A DNA stretch of 64,000 bases from Oopsacas minuta (Eukaryota > Animalia > Porifera), in contig JAKMXF010000199.1 of assembly GCA_024704765.1 (NCBI GenBank), positions 248,001-312,000 on the forward strand, in the 5' to 3' direction. The notes beneath the pieces are model-generated. The model was not told the origin of the DNA. It ran no database searches and saw only the letters and a program-made list of their open reading frames with translations. The stretch's first letter is position 1, and the number at the start of each line of letters is the position of its first letter. Of the stretch, positions 34,573-46,144 are shown one piece after another. Position numbers and translations under genes: made by a program.

Positions 34573-37500
34573 CGTGACCTACGTTGTAATAAGGCCTGTT
34601 CACTAGTGCGATTTTTTGGACCGTGGATGTCGTTTAAGTCCATTAAATTTTACTTCAAATAATCATGTATTTGATGTTATTCACCCAAATCGTGAACTTA
34701 AAAATTGTTCTTAGGCGATTTTAAAGACCATGGATGTCGTTGAAGGCTTGTGAAAAGTATTTCTTAGAAACCCATAACATTTATATTAATTTATGAATCA
34801 ACCTTTTTGTTACATTCAATTTATTGAAACAATACATTTACGTACTCACTACCCGTTCTACCTTGTCCTCTTGTACTTTTATCCAAGTTGTTTAGACAAT
34901 TTAGCTTTTATCTCTGTAATGCCGCTCTCCACCCTGTTCTGTCAGTTATGTGCATTTCTTTAATCTACCTCTCGATTTCTCCTTTTTACACTTTCAATTA
35001 GCTTGTCATGCCCAACAGGTGTTCTGCCCCCGGATGTCGTAGTAATTACGCAGGAGAACCTTATACTCCAGTATTTAAGTTGCCAAATGGTCCACCTGAT
35101 CTTGTCAATCGTTGGCTTCGAGCGCTCTGTAGAGAAGGTATCAGAGACTTAAAGAATGTGTTTGTGTGCTCAAAACATTTCCTCGACGAAGAAATTCAGA
35201 CCAGTTTTTCTATCCATCAACCAGATGGAACATACTTAGAAGTGCCAGCTAAGCCTAAATTGCAGAAGGATGCAGTGCCAAGATTTCTACCTTGGATGTC
35301 CACTTCATCTCTCTTCGTCATCTGACACCATACCTCCGAGATTTGATAGATCTTTGAGAGAACAGCATTTGATTGATACTGCAATAAATGAGAGTCTATT
35401 ACAGTATAACCAAGACAAAGAACTTTTTCAGATTACCACACTGGAATACTTGGCATCCAAAACGAAGCACTCGGGTTTGCCTAATCATTGGTTAGTTTGG
35501 TCTTCTGATGATAATTCCTTTAATTTACTCAAACCTTCTATAACGAATAACAATTTGATTGCAATTAGATGCTCGTTAACTATTACCGAAACATTACATA
35601 CTATGGGTTTCTACGAAGGTATACGCATTCCTCTTTCTCTCACTCAGATAAATGATATTCGTCAACTTAACGATTTGCTTAAAGAAATTGAAAACCATTC
35701 TGCCCCTACTAATTCTCCTGAAACATTCCAACACCATGTCAGAGAAGCAACCGGAAGCATTCGTAAAGCTATTGACTCCCTTTTAACTGGAGAAGAATCT
35801 GGAAACCAACAGCCTCTATTATCAAGTCTTCAGTTTATTCTATGCCAATTGGATAACGCTTTGATCGCGAAAACTATGAGGCGATACAACATCGAAACTC
35901 TTGTCTTGTCCCTCAAATGCCAGCTTATCTCGCCAGTTTGTTATAGATATCTTCAATCTCTGGACTGTCTATCATTGCCGCACCTTTCTACTCTAAAGCG
36001 CTTATATTCCAATTTTGGTTTGGATTCTGAGTTTACCAACTATCTCAAACAATCAGTCACTCAGTTTAACAAATGGGAACGAAATGTAGTGATTCAGATG
36101 GATGAAATTCATGTAAAATCCACATTTACATACAAAGGAGGTAAGATAATTGGATCTTCTTTGAATCCTACTGATCCTGCAAAAACCGTTTTTGCCTTCA
36201 TGATATCAAGTTTGTCCAGTATTGTCCGTTTATTGCCCTGTTCCAGCTCATCTGCTGAGGTACTCTTTCCTATCATCAAAGATGTTATTCGTGATGTTGA
36301 AGCATGTGGACTCTCTGTACACGTTTTATGTACAGATAATTACCCGATGAACGTTAACATTTTCAAGTTATTTTCTCCCAGCCGACTTCTAGAGCATATT
36401 GTTCCTCACCCTATGGACTCAAACCGGCCATTGTTTTTTGCTTTTTGACTTCGTTCATATAATCAAATCGATACGTAATAACTGGCTAAACCAAATAGAT
36501 TATAATAAAACATTCACTTATCCAGATTTTGAGAACATACAAGTTGCGAGCACTGCAGTTTTCGAAGAAATTCGCAAATTATATAAAAGTGACCAACACT
36601 CTGTTGCTAAATTAGCTCTAAGATTAACCTCTAAAGCTTGTTGGCCTTCCACTTTAGAACGACAAAATGTTTCTTTAGCTTTAAGGATATTTGATGAATC
36701 TACAGCCGCTGCATTAAACGTTAGCTACCAATCGCGATACCACACTTCTACAAATTCACAGACTACAGACTTTATTGCCATTATTTGTAATGTTTGGAAG
36801 CTATTCAACATCAATACTCCGAACAAGGGTATCCTTCACAAAGATGAATTTTCAGTTCCACTTACCTACAATGATATCAGATTTATGTTCCTTCAACGTG
36901 TAGTTGATTGGGCTGAATGTTGGCGAGTCATGCCTGACAAAAGAGGTAAATTAAGTCCTCAAACCTTTACAAGTTTCCGTCACTCTTGTATTGCACTCCC
37001 GTGCATTGTAAACCATCTGACTGGAAATTGTGGCTATTCGTACGTCCTTTCTTCGTTCTTGCAAAATGATCCACTTGAGCATCATTTTGGCTTGTATAGG
37101 ATGATGTCAGGAGCACAATGCCACATTAGCTATTGCCAGGTCCTTGAAACAGAACGGAGAATAAAGTTGTCCAGCATACTCAAATTATTTTCGAAAAAGC
37201 CTGTAGAAGATAGCATATCACTTAAGAACTTCTTAGAATCATGCTCATCCTCTTGTGACCAAGACTCCCATGCGTCTTTTAGCTTGGAGATGTATCTCTC
37301 GGCGATTCAGGGATATTCAGGGATAGAATTAAACAAGCAAATACTCCAATCACTCTCCTTTATAGCAGGCCACTCAGTGCATGCCTATTACAAACATTCT
37401 ACTAAATGTCAATCATGTCACTTATTCCTCACTGAAAACAAAGAAATGGAAATTGAAGAACCTTCAGATTCTGAATATCGATTAATTCAGATAATCGACC

Positions 37501-38186
37501 GAGGCTCACTAAAATGGCCAAGTAGTGATGTCATAGATGCAATTATTACGCTATGGAAAGTATTCTCTTCTATCGAGAGTCAATCAAGCATATTCAATAA
37601 CTTTATAACCGGCCCTTCTAGGAGTATCCTGATACAGTTAACAACAAGTCTTATAGAAGATGAACAAGCTGAAGTATGGAGAGTGCTGTGTGACGAATGT
37701 GGTACACTCATGTGGGATGTATTAGCTAAACTATTGACTGCTACTTCAAACTGTCTTATATCAAATAAGATTAAGAACATGAATTCCCAGCTACCCTTGA
37801 AACCGTGAGTCGAAAATACTCGAAAATTAAAGAAATTGAAGCCTAATTAACTTATCACATACCACTTTAATATACGTATCTTTTATTATTCTGTACTATT
37901 ATCAGGCACTCACTATTTGAAATATGCTCAGTATTAAACCCAATAATATTTATCTCATGGATTCACATTTTAGTTAATTTTCTCTAACTATAACATTTAT
38001 TGTAAAAATAAGGACTTAAATGCATCCATGGTCTTCAAAATCGCTTAAGAACAATTTTCAAGTTCACGATTTGGGTGAATAACATCAAATACATGATTAT
38101 TTGAAGTAAAATTTAATGGACTTAAACGACATCCATGGTCCAAAAAATCGCACTAGTGAACAGGCCTTATTATAACGTAGGTCACG
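34573..38186 (+). mobile_element. P-superfamily (THAP) transposon with 164-bp TIRs, 3614 bp
   Basis: 34573-34736 versus 38023-38186 inverted, about 5 mismatches; termini CGTGACCTACG. Possible degenerate 7-bp TSD AATGAAT/ACTGAAG (5/7). Confidence 0.9.
35008..37808 (+). pseudogene. THAP-domain P-like transposase, about 930 aa, two frameshifts, no introns
   Basis: THAP C2CH (MPNRCSAPGC..W..VCSKHF..AVP); IQMDEIHVK; CTDNY; FDFVHIIKSIRNNW; LQNDPLEHHFG; RGSLKWPS. Frameshifts at about 35290 and in the T-run at about 36434-36439. Confidence 0.9.
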
Positions 38187-38579
38187 ACTGAAGGTATTAT
38201 GCCAAAAGCTAGGATTCGTGTGTAACTCTTGTTAGCAGTATGGCTGTGATAATTGTATAATATGGCTCTTATTAACAATTGAATATGTGTATTCCAATAT
38301 TTTAGTTTATGGGGCCAATAAATCGTGTAACTTGAAACGATATATGTATTAATTTTAATTGGGAATCGACTCTGAAATCGGACCAGGGATGAAAGAGAAG
38401 TCATTTAAATATAGTATCCCATGACAACTAAACCACAATAAAATTATATGATTAATATATTTTATTAATGAATACTTGTCTATTTTTAATATTCTATGCT
38501 GTATTTCCACGGTATTCCCATCGGGCCCATCATATTTGAATACAACTGGTGAAATATCACAGCATATATATCTTGAATC

Positions 38580-41110
38580 TAAGGTAGGAGAAAACTTTGC
38601 TGAAGCTCTTCATGATAGCATTATTCAAGATTAACAAGATTCATTACGGTTCGCTCTAGGGAATTTTGAGGATCTTAAAATTACGTTGCCAGAGTTACAA
38701 CTTAACCAAGATTGGGCGATCTGGTAGTCATCTAGTAATACCTTAGAGCTCATACAGCTGGAATTCGCTACATTTTCAATTCATTCAGATTTAACAGGTC
38801 GGCAGTTTGTTGCCAACACCAAGTTCCTTCGAGTCAGTCGATTAACCGATATACTACAAATTGAAACCTTAATTGGTATTATTTAAACTACACTCGTCCT
38901 GAGTTGTTTGAATCCAGTCTGTTCTAGAAAATATCAAAGACATCAATCTCAATATTAGCAATTACAGAACAAACTAAGCAAGATGTAAAGTTTAATACTT
39001 TGTTACTCCTCATACAGTTCATTACTTGTCAGCTTGAAAATTCATTAGTTTCAGCAACCAAACGGAGGTACAGTAAAACTTCCAAAGGGTGAACACCCTG
39101 CTGACCAGCCAAAATGTTCACTTTAGATGACCGGAACAATTCAACTGACAATGACCACAGATTTCTGAAAATGTTGCTTATAGGACCTCCATGTTTACAC
39201 AAATGTGTCAAGCTTGTACAGGCAAATATGTTGTCTCTTCAGCCCATTGTATGAGGAAGCCTCTAGTATATTGTAAAGCCACATCACAAACATCCCTGCT
39301 TTTCACAACTAGTGTGCAATAAAGCTGACAGCCTGCTTAACAATCTAGCAGAAACACTGGCGTTCGCAGTTAAAAGGTCATATCCTATGCAATATAGACA
39401 TTTGGGACTAAATTAAGTGTTCACATTTCACTTTTCAGAGGTGTTCACATTCTAAAGGGATGACCACTATGTAAACAATATGAGACATTCGGGACCAAGA
39501 AATAGTATTCATATTTTGGAGGTGTTCACTTTTGGAGGTTTTACTGTGTATAACGTAGTTAAACAGGTTAGTGTTTCAAAATTTATTATCTATTTACATT
39601 CTTTTTTATCTTTAACTGATTCTAGGCAGTTTCCTTGAAAGCATATTTGATCTCACAGGCTTGCTATCGTTTTTTCAATCATTGGATAGTCTATTGCTTC
39701 CAAAAACTGGAAGATTTCTTGCATTTTCTTCTTGCATGGGGGTTAGATAGAGAATATCTTCTATCTACTTAAGAACTTAACAGTAGATTTTTCTGTGAGG
39801 GATCGACATGTTGCCCTCAATATGGACAAGATCCAAGTTTCATCAGATATTTCTCGTCAAGGGGATAAATTTCTAATTACTTATTCTAACTATTCTTATT
39901 ATGTGTTTAGGTGGGAAGATGGTTGGTGAAATTGATCCCACTACTCCGACTAAAATATTTTTGCCTTGTCAGCCTTGATGATCTTTAGTTTATTCAAAAA
40001 ATGGTCACAAGTCGTTTATTTGTTCCCCAAACTTTTCTACTGCAGAAGTCTATACCCAATTCTCAATTCTGTAATCTGTGATTTAGAAAAATGTCGTTTA
40101 TTCGTTGAAGTACTCTTGACAGACAACTTCCCATTGAATGTATATTTATTCAAATTATATTATTCCGACCAATAGACATTACTTCCAGTTGTTCCACATC
40201 CAACTTGTCCTGAGAGAACCTCTATATAATTTTGATTTTGTATATTTATCAAATCGATAAGAAATAACTGGCTAAACAAAGGACTCTGATCTTACTTGTA
40301 CATATCCAGATATGCATATCTATTCTTTACTTCATGCCTCTACTCCAACCAGAATGAGGCAAGGTTAAATATATATATCAGATTGTTGTACAAGAGTGAA
40401 CAGCATTCTACTGTCAAGCAAGCTCACAAACTAAGTTCCAAGGCGTGTTGGCCCATAAGTCTAGAACGTCAAAATGATAATCTAGCTCTTCTATATTCAA
40501 TGATTCTATTTGTGCAGCTATTAAAATTCAACATGAGCTGCACCCAGATACAGCAAACGGCACTTCTAACTCTCTCGATGTAATTACTAAGGTTTAGAAA
40601 ATCTTCAACATTCATACGCCTATAAAACACCTCCGCTTGAATGATGAGTATTCCAGGCCTCTCACAAACCAAGATTGACGTTTTGTGATCTTGAATTAGT
40701 TTCTATATCGAATGATGAGTGGTGCTTGGTATTACAATTCCTATTCTCAAATATTAGAGAGCAACATCGCTTAAATATATCAAGTATGCTTAAGTTATTT
40801 CATTACAACAAAGCAAAAGTGACTTACCCTAAAACAATAAATCAACGCTTTCCTCCAACTTCAGGTGGACTTACAAACATAGCTTGCGATAACTACTGTG
40901 CTGAAGTTTTACATGATCTAAATTCTATTGTGCTCGGCCTTCATGTTCTCCAATCAATTGGAGTTATTGGTGGTTACACTGTATACTCATATCATAAAAT
41001 TTCCATTTGGCATCTTTATAGTCAGCAACTAACTGAGAACCACGAAATTAAGAATACAGACGCTGTTAAATATGACCTTAAAGGTACATTGATCGTGCTT
41101 CTCTGAAATG
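38580..41110 (+). pseudogene. Second, heavily decayed P-like transposase, apparently intron-containing
   Basis: Collinear with the upstream copy: LNQDWAIW, LISQACYRFFQSLDSLLLP, LNMDKIQV, GGKMVG, LLTDNFPLNV, KSIRNNWLN, LYKSEQHS..KLSSKACWPISLERQN. Intron-like inserts at about 39862-39910 and about 38990-39626. Confidence 0.8.
39071..39546. mobile_element. pogo/Tigger-type MITE (476 bp)
   Basis: TIRs CAGTAAAAC(T/C)TCCAAA.GTGAACACC; TA on the left, TG on the right. Confidence 0.7.
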
Positions 41111-41365
41111 GGCTTCAGAAGTAATAATTGAATCAATTGTTGTATTATGGAAAATATTATCAAGATTGATGAGAATGGAACTCTCTATTCCTCGCCATTA
41201 AAAAAGGTATTAATTCAGCCAACTGAAAATGTGTTGGTTGAAAATTTTACCCAGCATTGGAGGGATAACTGTAATAGCTTTAGTATTCTGGTTGAAACAT
41301 CTTAGAAAGATCCTTGGTGTATGTATAAATTGCATATAAGCAAAAAAAGTTCGCAATGTCAAATA

Positions 41366-42733
41366 CCGGGTGGGCCAAAAATAACAGAACCCGTACTAAA
41401 TTTGTTATTTCTCTACTTTCTTCAAGGGTAGAGAATTATAACTAAATATTATCTAATTCCAAGTATTTAAATCAAAATTGCAAATTTATACTGTCTTAGC
41501 TCAAGGTGTTCTTGATCTATAGAACATGTTCGAGATGGCATCCATTTAGATTTGCGCATTTCTCCAGTCGTAAAACAAAGGTTTGCATCACTGATTTGCA
41601 AGTTGTCCTTGAGATGCTTCTCATCTCCTCCTGGATCTTTTTCTTGAGTTCTCCGAGTGTCCTTGGCTTTGTAGCATATACCCTGTCCTTCAGGAACCCC
41701 AGAGGTAATAGTCTGGAGGACTGAGATCCGGAGAGTAGGCTGCCCACTCATGGTCACACCTGCGACTGATCACTCGGCTTCCGAAGTGGTTCTTGATCCA
41801 ATCTAGGCATTTGTTGGAGGTATGGGGTGTTGCTCCATCCTGTTGGAACCAGAATTTAGGCAGGTATTCTCTATAGTTCTCTTCAAGCTCCTTCCAGAAG
41901 ACTTCCAGGATCTTAAGGTAACGGTCAGCGTTAATAGTCACAGTCTTTTCTTGCTCCTCGAAGAACAGCGGAGCAACAACCCCTTTCATTGAGAATGCAG
42001 CCCAAACTGTGACCTTCTGAGAATGTAGAGGTTTTTCTGTCACTTCTGCCGGCCGTTCTGAACCCCAGTAGACGTTGTTTCTAGAATTCACCCGCCCATC
42101 AAGATGAAAATGAGCTTCGTCCGTTGTTCAGAGATGGTCCAAGAAGGTCTTTTGATGTCTCAATCTTAGCAAGTAACCACTTAGCCATCTCAAATCTCGA
42201 CACTTTGTCGGCATTTGCGAGTTTCTGGTGTATCTGTATACGGTATGCATATAATCTTAAGTCATCATGAAGAACCCTGCGAAGTGTAGTGCGTGATAAG
42301 CCAACTAATTGACACCTCTTTCTTGTCGACCTCTTTGGGGAGTGAAGAACCGACTGACGAACGGCTTCGATAACTTCATCCGTACGAATCTTCTTCCTCC
42401 CTGAGTGGCTCAGACGACTATCTAATTTAGAGTTGAGGTTCTTAACAGTGCCCTCCTGTTCAAATTTCTTGATCCATCCAAAGATAATGGATTTGCTGGG
42501 TGCTTTTGGCTGCTTAAACTCTTGCGAAAAAAGTTTGGTCTGTACAGTATTGTAAGAATGTACTTGTAGTAGAGCTTGACACAATATATCCGCTTCTCTG
42601 TGCTCCACTGCTTGCCATTACAACTCCTAAGTGAGGTATCTACCATATCCTAATATATTATTTGATTAGTACAAAAGGCATAAGCAGAGTGACCCAAAAT
42701 CAGTTAGGGTTCTGTTTTTTTTGGCCCACCCGG
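41366..42733 (-). mobile_element. DD41D (rosa/VS-type) Tc1/mariner element, frameshifted
   Basis: 27-bp TIRs CCGGGTGGGCCAAAAA(T/A)AACAGAACCC; TA TSD. TTDEAHF, QQDGATPH and YSPDLSPPDYYLWG, with 41 residues between D2 and D3. Confidence 0.92.
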
Positions 42734-43527
42734 TATGAAATCACATCTAGTAAGAATGATTCCCGGAAATGAAGATATTTAGATCTATTTAAAATACATA
42801 TTCCTTTCAATTAGATTTTATTTATCTCATGTACTACATATATATTTAGTTCCTGTTGCTGAAGACATATTAGTTCTTGCTAATAAATCTCTCACCAGTT
42901 TTGTAGTGATTTTAGTTTCCTGTTCTTATATTTTATGCATATTGTTTTTAGAACTATTATTATGTTATTACTTCAGTTATATGCAAATAATACCTCAATG
43001 ATATTATAATTACAGATACTCTGTTTTCAGAGTCTACTCCCCAATTCAAATAGTACATTTATCGTTTAAAGTTAATAACCAATAATAAATAGCAAAAAAC
43101 GAATTTACTTGTTGTTCTGCCATGGGCCAGTTTCTATTGCTGTTTCCAGTACTTATATTACATAGTTCACGGTACAATGTACATTTTCAAGTGTCCAAAA
43201 ACTATTTTCACTTGAAGGTGTTTTTCGTTGGCTCCGATCGTTCTCTTCCAATTTAGTGAATATGTAATTTTGCAAATATTCAAGATAGCATTACAAAGAT
43301 AAAACCTATACAATTAAAACGCAATTAATCTGTATATATATATATAAATATATGTTAAGATTAGTGCTATTATCCCACCCAAGGTGCTTGTAGTATCACC
43401 TGTGTATAGGCTTACAATAGTAATTATAGGGACAGCTATATTCTTATCTGTTTGTTATTTCTATTCATCTTAATCACATTCTGCTTCGGTATAATACTAC
43501 CTAGTTCATTACATATATATATATATA

Positions 43528-45494
43528 CTAGCGGGCTTCGCTTGCTAGGTCGCTGCGCGACAGCTTAGGGCCTCAGGTTAGCTTATGTATTAAACAGCTA
43601 CATTTCTTGATGCTTTTGGTCATTATGCAAAGGGATATACTCGGAACGACGTGCCTCGAATTGACAGAAAATTTTAAATTGTTAGGGTATTATTATCCAT
43701 AGCCCATCCAAATTATGTTTAATGACCTTCTGTGGTGAAGCTGGAGATACTATGTCACTTTTGCTCGGTAACTCGGCACCTAGTGCCTCGGGTATTCAGA
43801 AATTAAGGAATTTTTCAAAATATATAAATTTTTGATGTTTACAGGGTGTAACAAAAGTCTTGGCAGGTTCTCAATCGTAGATGGATTTAATATATATTAG
43901 TAATTATAGCATACAACGGAAATGCTAGTTGACTGATAGTTACTATATAGTACTACATTTATACTATAGGCATATTGAATATCTTCAACCCTGCTCTCGA
44001 ATTTTTTTTAGCATATTTACCTTACCAGTTTTTTTCGGGAAAATGAATGTCGGTGATCACGGAGTCGAGCTCCGTTCTAAAGCAATTGGGATGCTTGAAG
44101 GAGGCCTTACTCAAAAAGAGGTAGCTACACGTCTAAGTGTTGGAGTAAGATCAGTACGGAGATGGTGGAGTCAACACAAATGCGGTGAGACTATAGAGAC
44201 TAAGCCTCGATCTGGACGGCCTCAAATTTTGAAACGGGTATCACGAATTGTGATTAAGAGATCCTTGGGGAAAAGGAGGCAATCAACCCGAAAATTGTCG
44301 AGGAGACTATCTATCAAAGGAAACCTCATATCTCACATGACAATTCAGCGGCACTTAGCACAAAGGCTTGATGCCAGACCCTATAAACGTCCCAAATGGC
44401 CAAAAATTACACAAAAAATCAAAGAAAATCGGTTGAAATTCGCCCGGAATCATGAGAATTGGTCTTGCGAAGATTGGAATAATGTGTTCTGGTCTGATGA
44501 ATCACCATTTGAGTTATTTCATTCGCCAAACAGACAGAATGATCGAGTATGGGCAATTGGTTCACAAAATATTGAACCTATTTTTCAGGTCAAATTCCCA
44601 GCGAAAAATATAGTCTGGGGAATGATGTCACACAGAGCGCTGTCAGAACTGCACATTGTACCCCAAAAACAGACCGTCAATGGAGCCTACTATAGGAACG
44701 AAATATTGAAGAAAACATGTCTCGATGCGATCGCTCGTAAAGCTAAAAAGTGGTCCGTTATTGAGAGGTCCAGGTTGGAAAACATGTCAGAATTTCTGTT
44801 CATGCAGGATGGTGCTACCCGCACACACGGCCAATGTCACGCAGCAGTGGTGTTCAGAGAAGTTCCCTCGGTTTTGGAAGAAAGGGGAGTGGCCAGCTAA
44901 CTCCCCCGACTTGAATCCGATTGAAAATCTTTGGGGTATTTTATATGAACGGTTGGATGAAATGGGCCAGGTCACCACGATTCAGGCCCTAATTGCAAAC
45001 CTAAAAACGGCATGGAAGACGATTTCGTCGAACTTACTTCGAAATCTGGTGAATGGGATGCCTAATCGAATGAAATTAGTTTTAGAAAGAGGTGATTATA
45101 TTGGTAAATAATTAGATATTGTGACCTTGAAATATTTTATGTGAGCCACCATAATGCAACCGGCCAAGACTTTTGTTACACCCTGTATGTAGGACAGGAT
45201 TACGAAATAATCCCATGAGGAGTAGTTTTTGGCTGCAATCTAGGCGTCAGGATTTTTGTCACACTGAGGGGCAACTATGATTCATATTTCTAACAACAAT
45301 ATTGGCTGAGCAGTGGGTAATAACGTGATTTTTCGAAATCTAAAAAGGTTACAATGACGTCATAGTTTCGTCATTGAATTTTGTCCAAGACTCAACTTGT
45401 TCGAGCCCACGCCTCAGATACCCATTTAATCCAAAATTAGCCCTGGGGTCATCCAATTTCTTCAATCAATTCTGGACATACAAACGTAGATAGA
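43528..45494 (-). mobile_element. Non-autonomous Helitron-like element, copy C, carrying a nested Tc1-like insertion
   Basis: On the minus strand A|TCTATCTACG ... GCGAAGCCCGCTAG|T. Homology to copies A and B resumes on both sides of 43842-45185. Confidence 0.78.
43842..45185 (+). mobile_element. Tc1-like DD37E element, single frameshift
   Basis: 28-bp TIRs CAGGGTGTAACAAAAGTCTTGGC(A/C)GGTT; TA TSD. CDS 44043-45111 has WSDES, QDGA(P)AH and NSPDLNPIE. One extra base at about 44816 breaks the frame; removing it gives a 37-residue D-E spacer. Confidence 0.93.
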
Positions 45495-45544
45495 TAAATA
45501 TATTCACACATACACATACATCTGTATTTATAAAACCCAATTCA

Positions 45545-46098
45545 TCTATATATGAGTATATGTATGTTTTTATGTCCAGAATTATTGGAAAAACTGACGG
45601 GCCCCTAGAGCTGATTTTTGGCATGCAGGGGTATTTTGGGCCTTACTCGCACAATTTCGAGTCTTGAACAAAATACACATCTATGACGAAACTATGACGT
45701 CATTGTCACCCTTTTGGAAATTCGAAAAATCACATTATTAACCATTGCTTAGCCAATATCATGATAGAATTTTGAAATTTAAATCTCAGGTAACCCTAAA
45801 TATGAAAAATGTTCGAAAGTCATTATTTGGATCAAACTTAACTCTTTATGGGATTATTATGTCATTATGATCGTTCAAAAATTAACTATTTTCCAAATTT
45901 CAAGAATATCAGAATTTCTTAATACTCGACTCACGAAGTGCCGAGATCACTACCACAAGCGACATAGCTTCCCCAGTGTCACCACAGAAGGCAATTCAAT
46001 GGAATTTCGATGGACCATGGATAGTACTATCTTAAAATTTTAACTATTCTTGTGAATTCCAGATACATAGTACCTAGTATATTCTTTTGCGTAGCTAC
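45545..46098 (+). mobile_element. Non-autonomous Helitron-like element, copy B (3' end degenerate)
   Basis: A|TCTATATATG start. Aligns with copy A through GATGGACCATGGATA..GTGAATTC; terminal hairpin and CTAG are eroded. Confidence 0.7.
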
Positions 46099-46144
46099 AA
46101 ATAACACTGTAAAATTTTCGCGTTTTATAATAATAGCTCACCTG

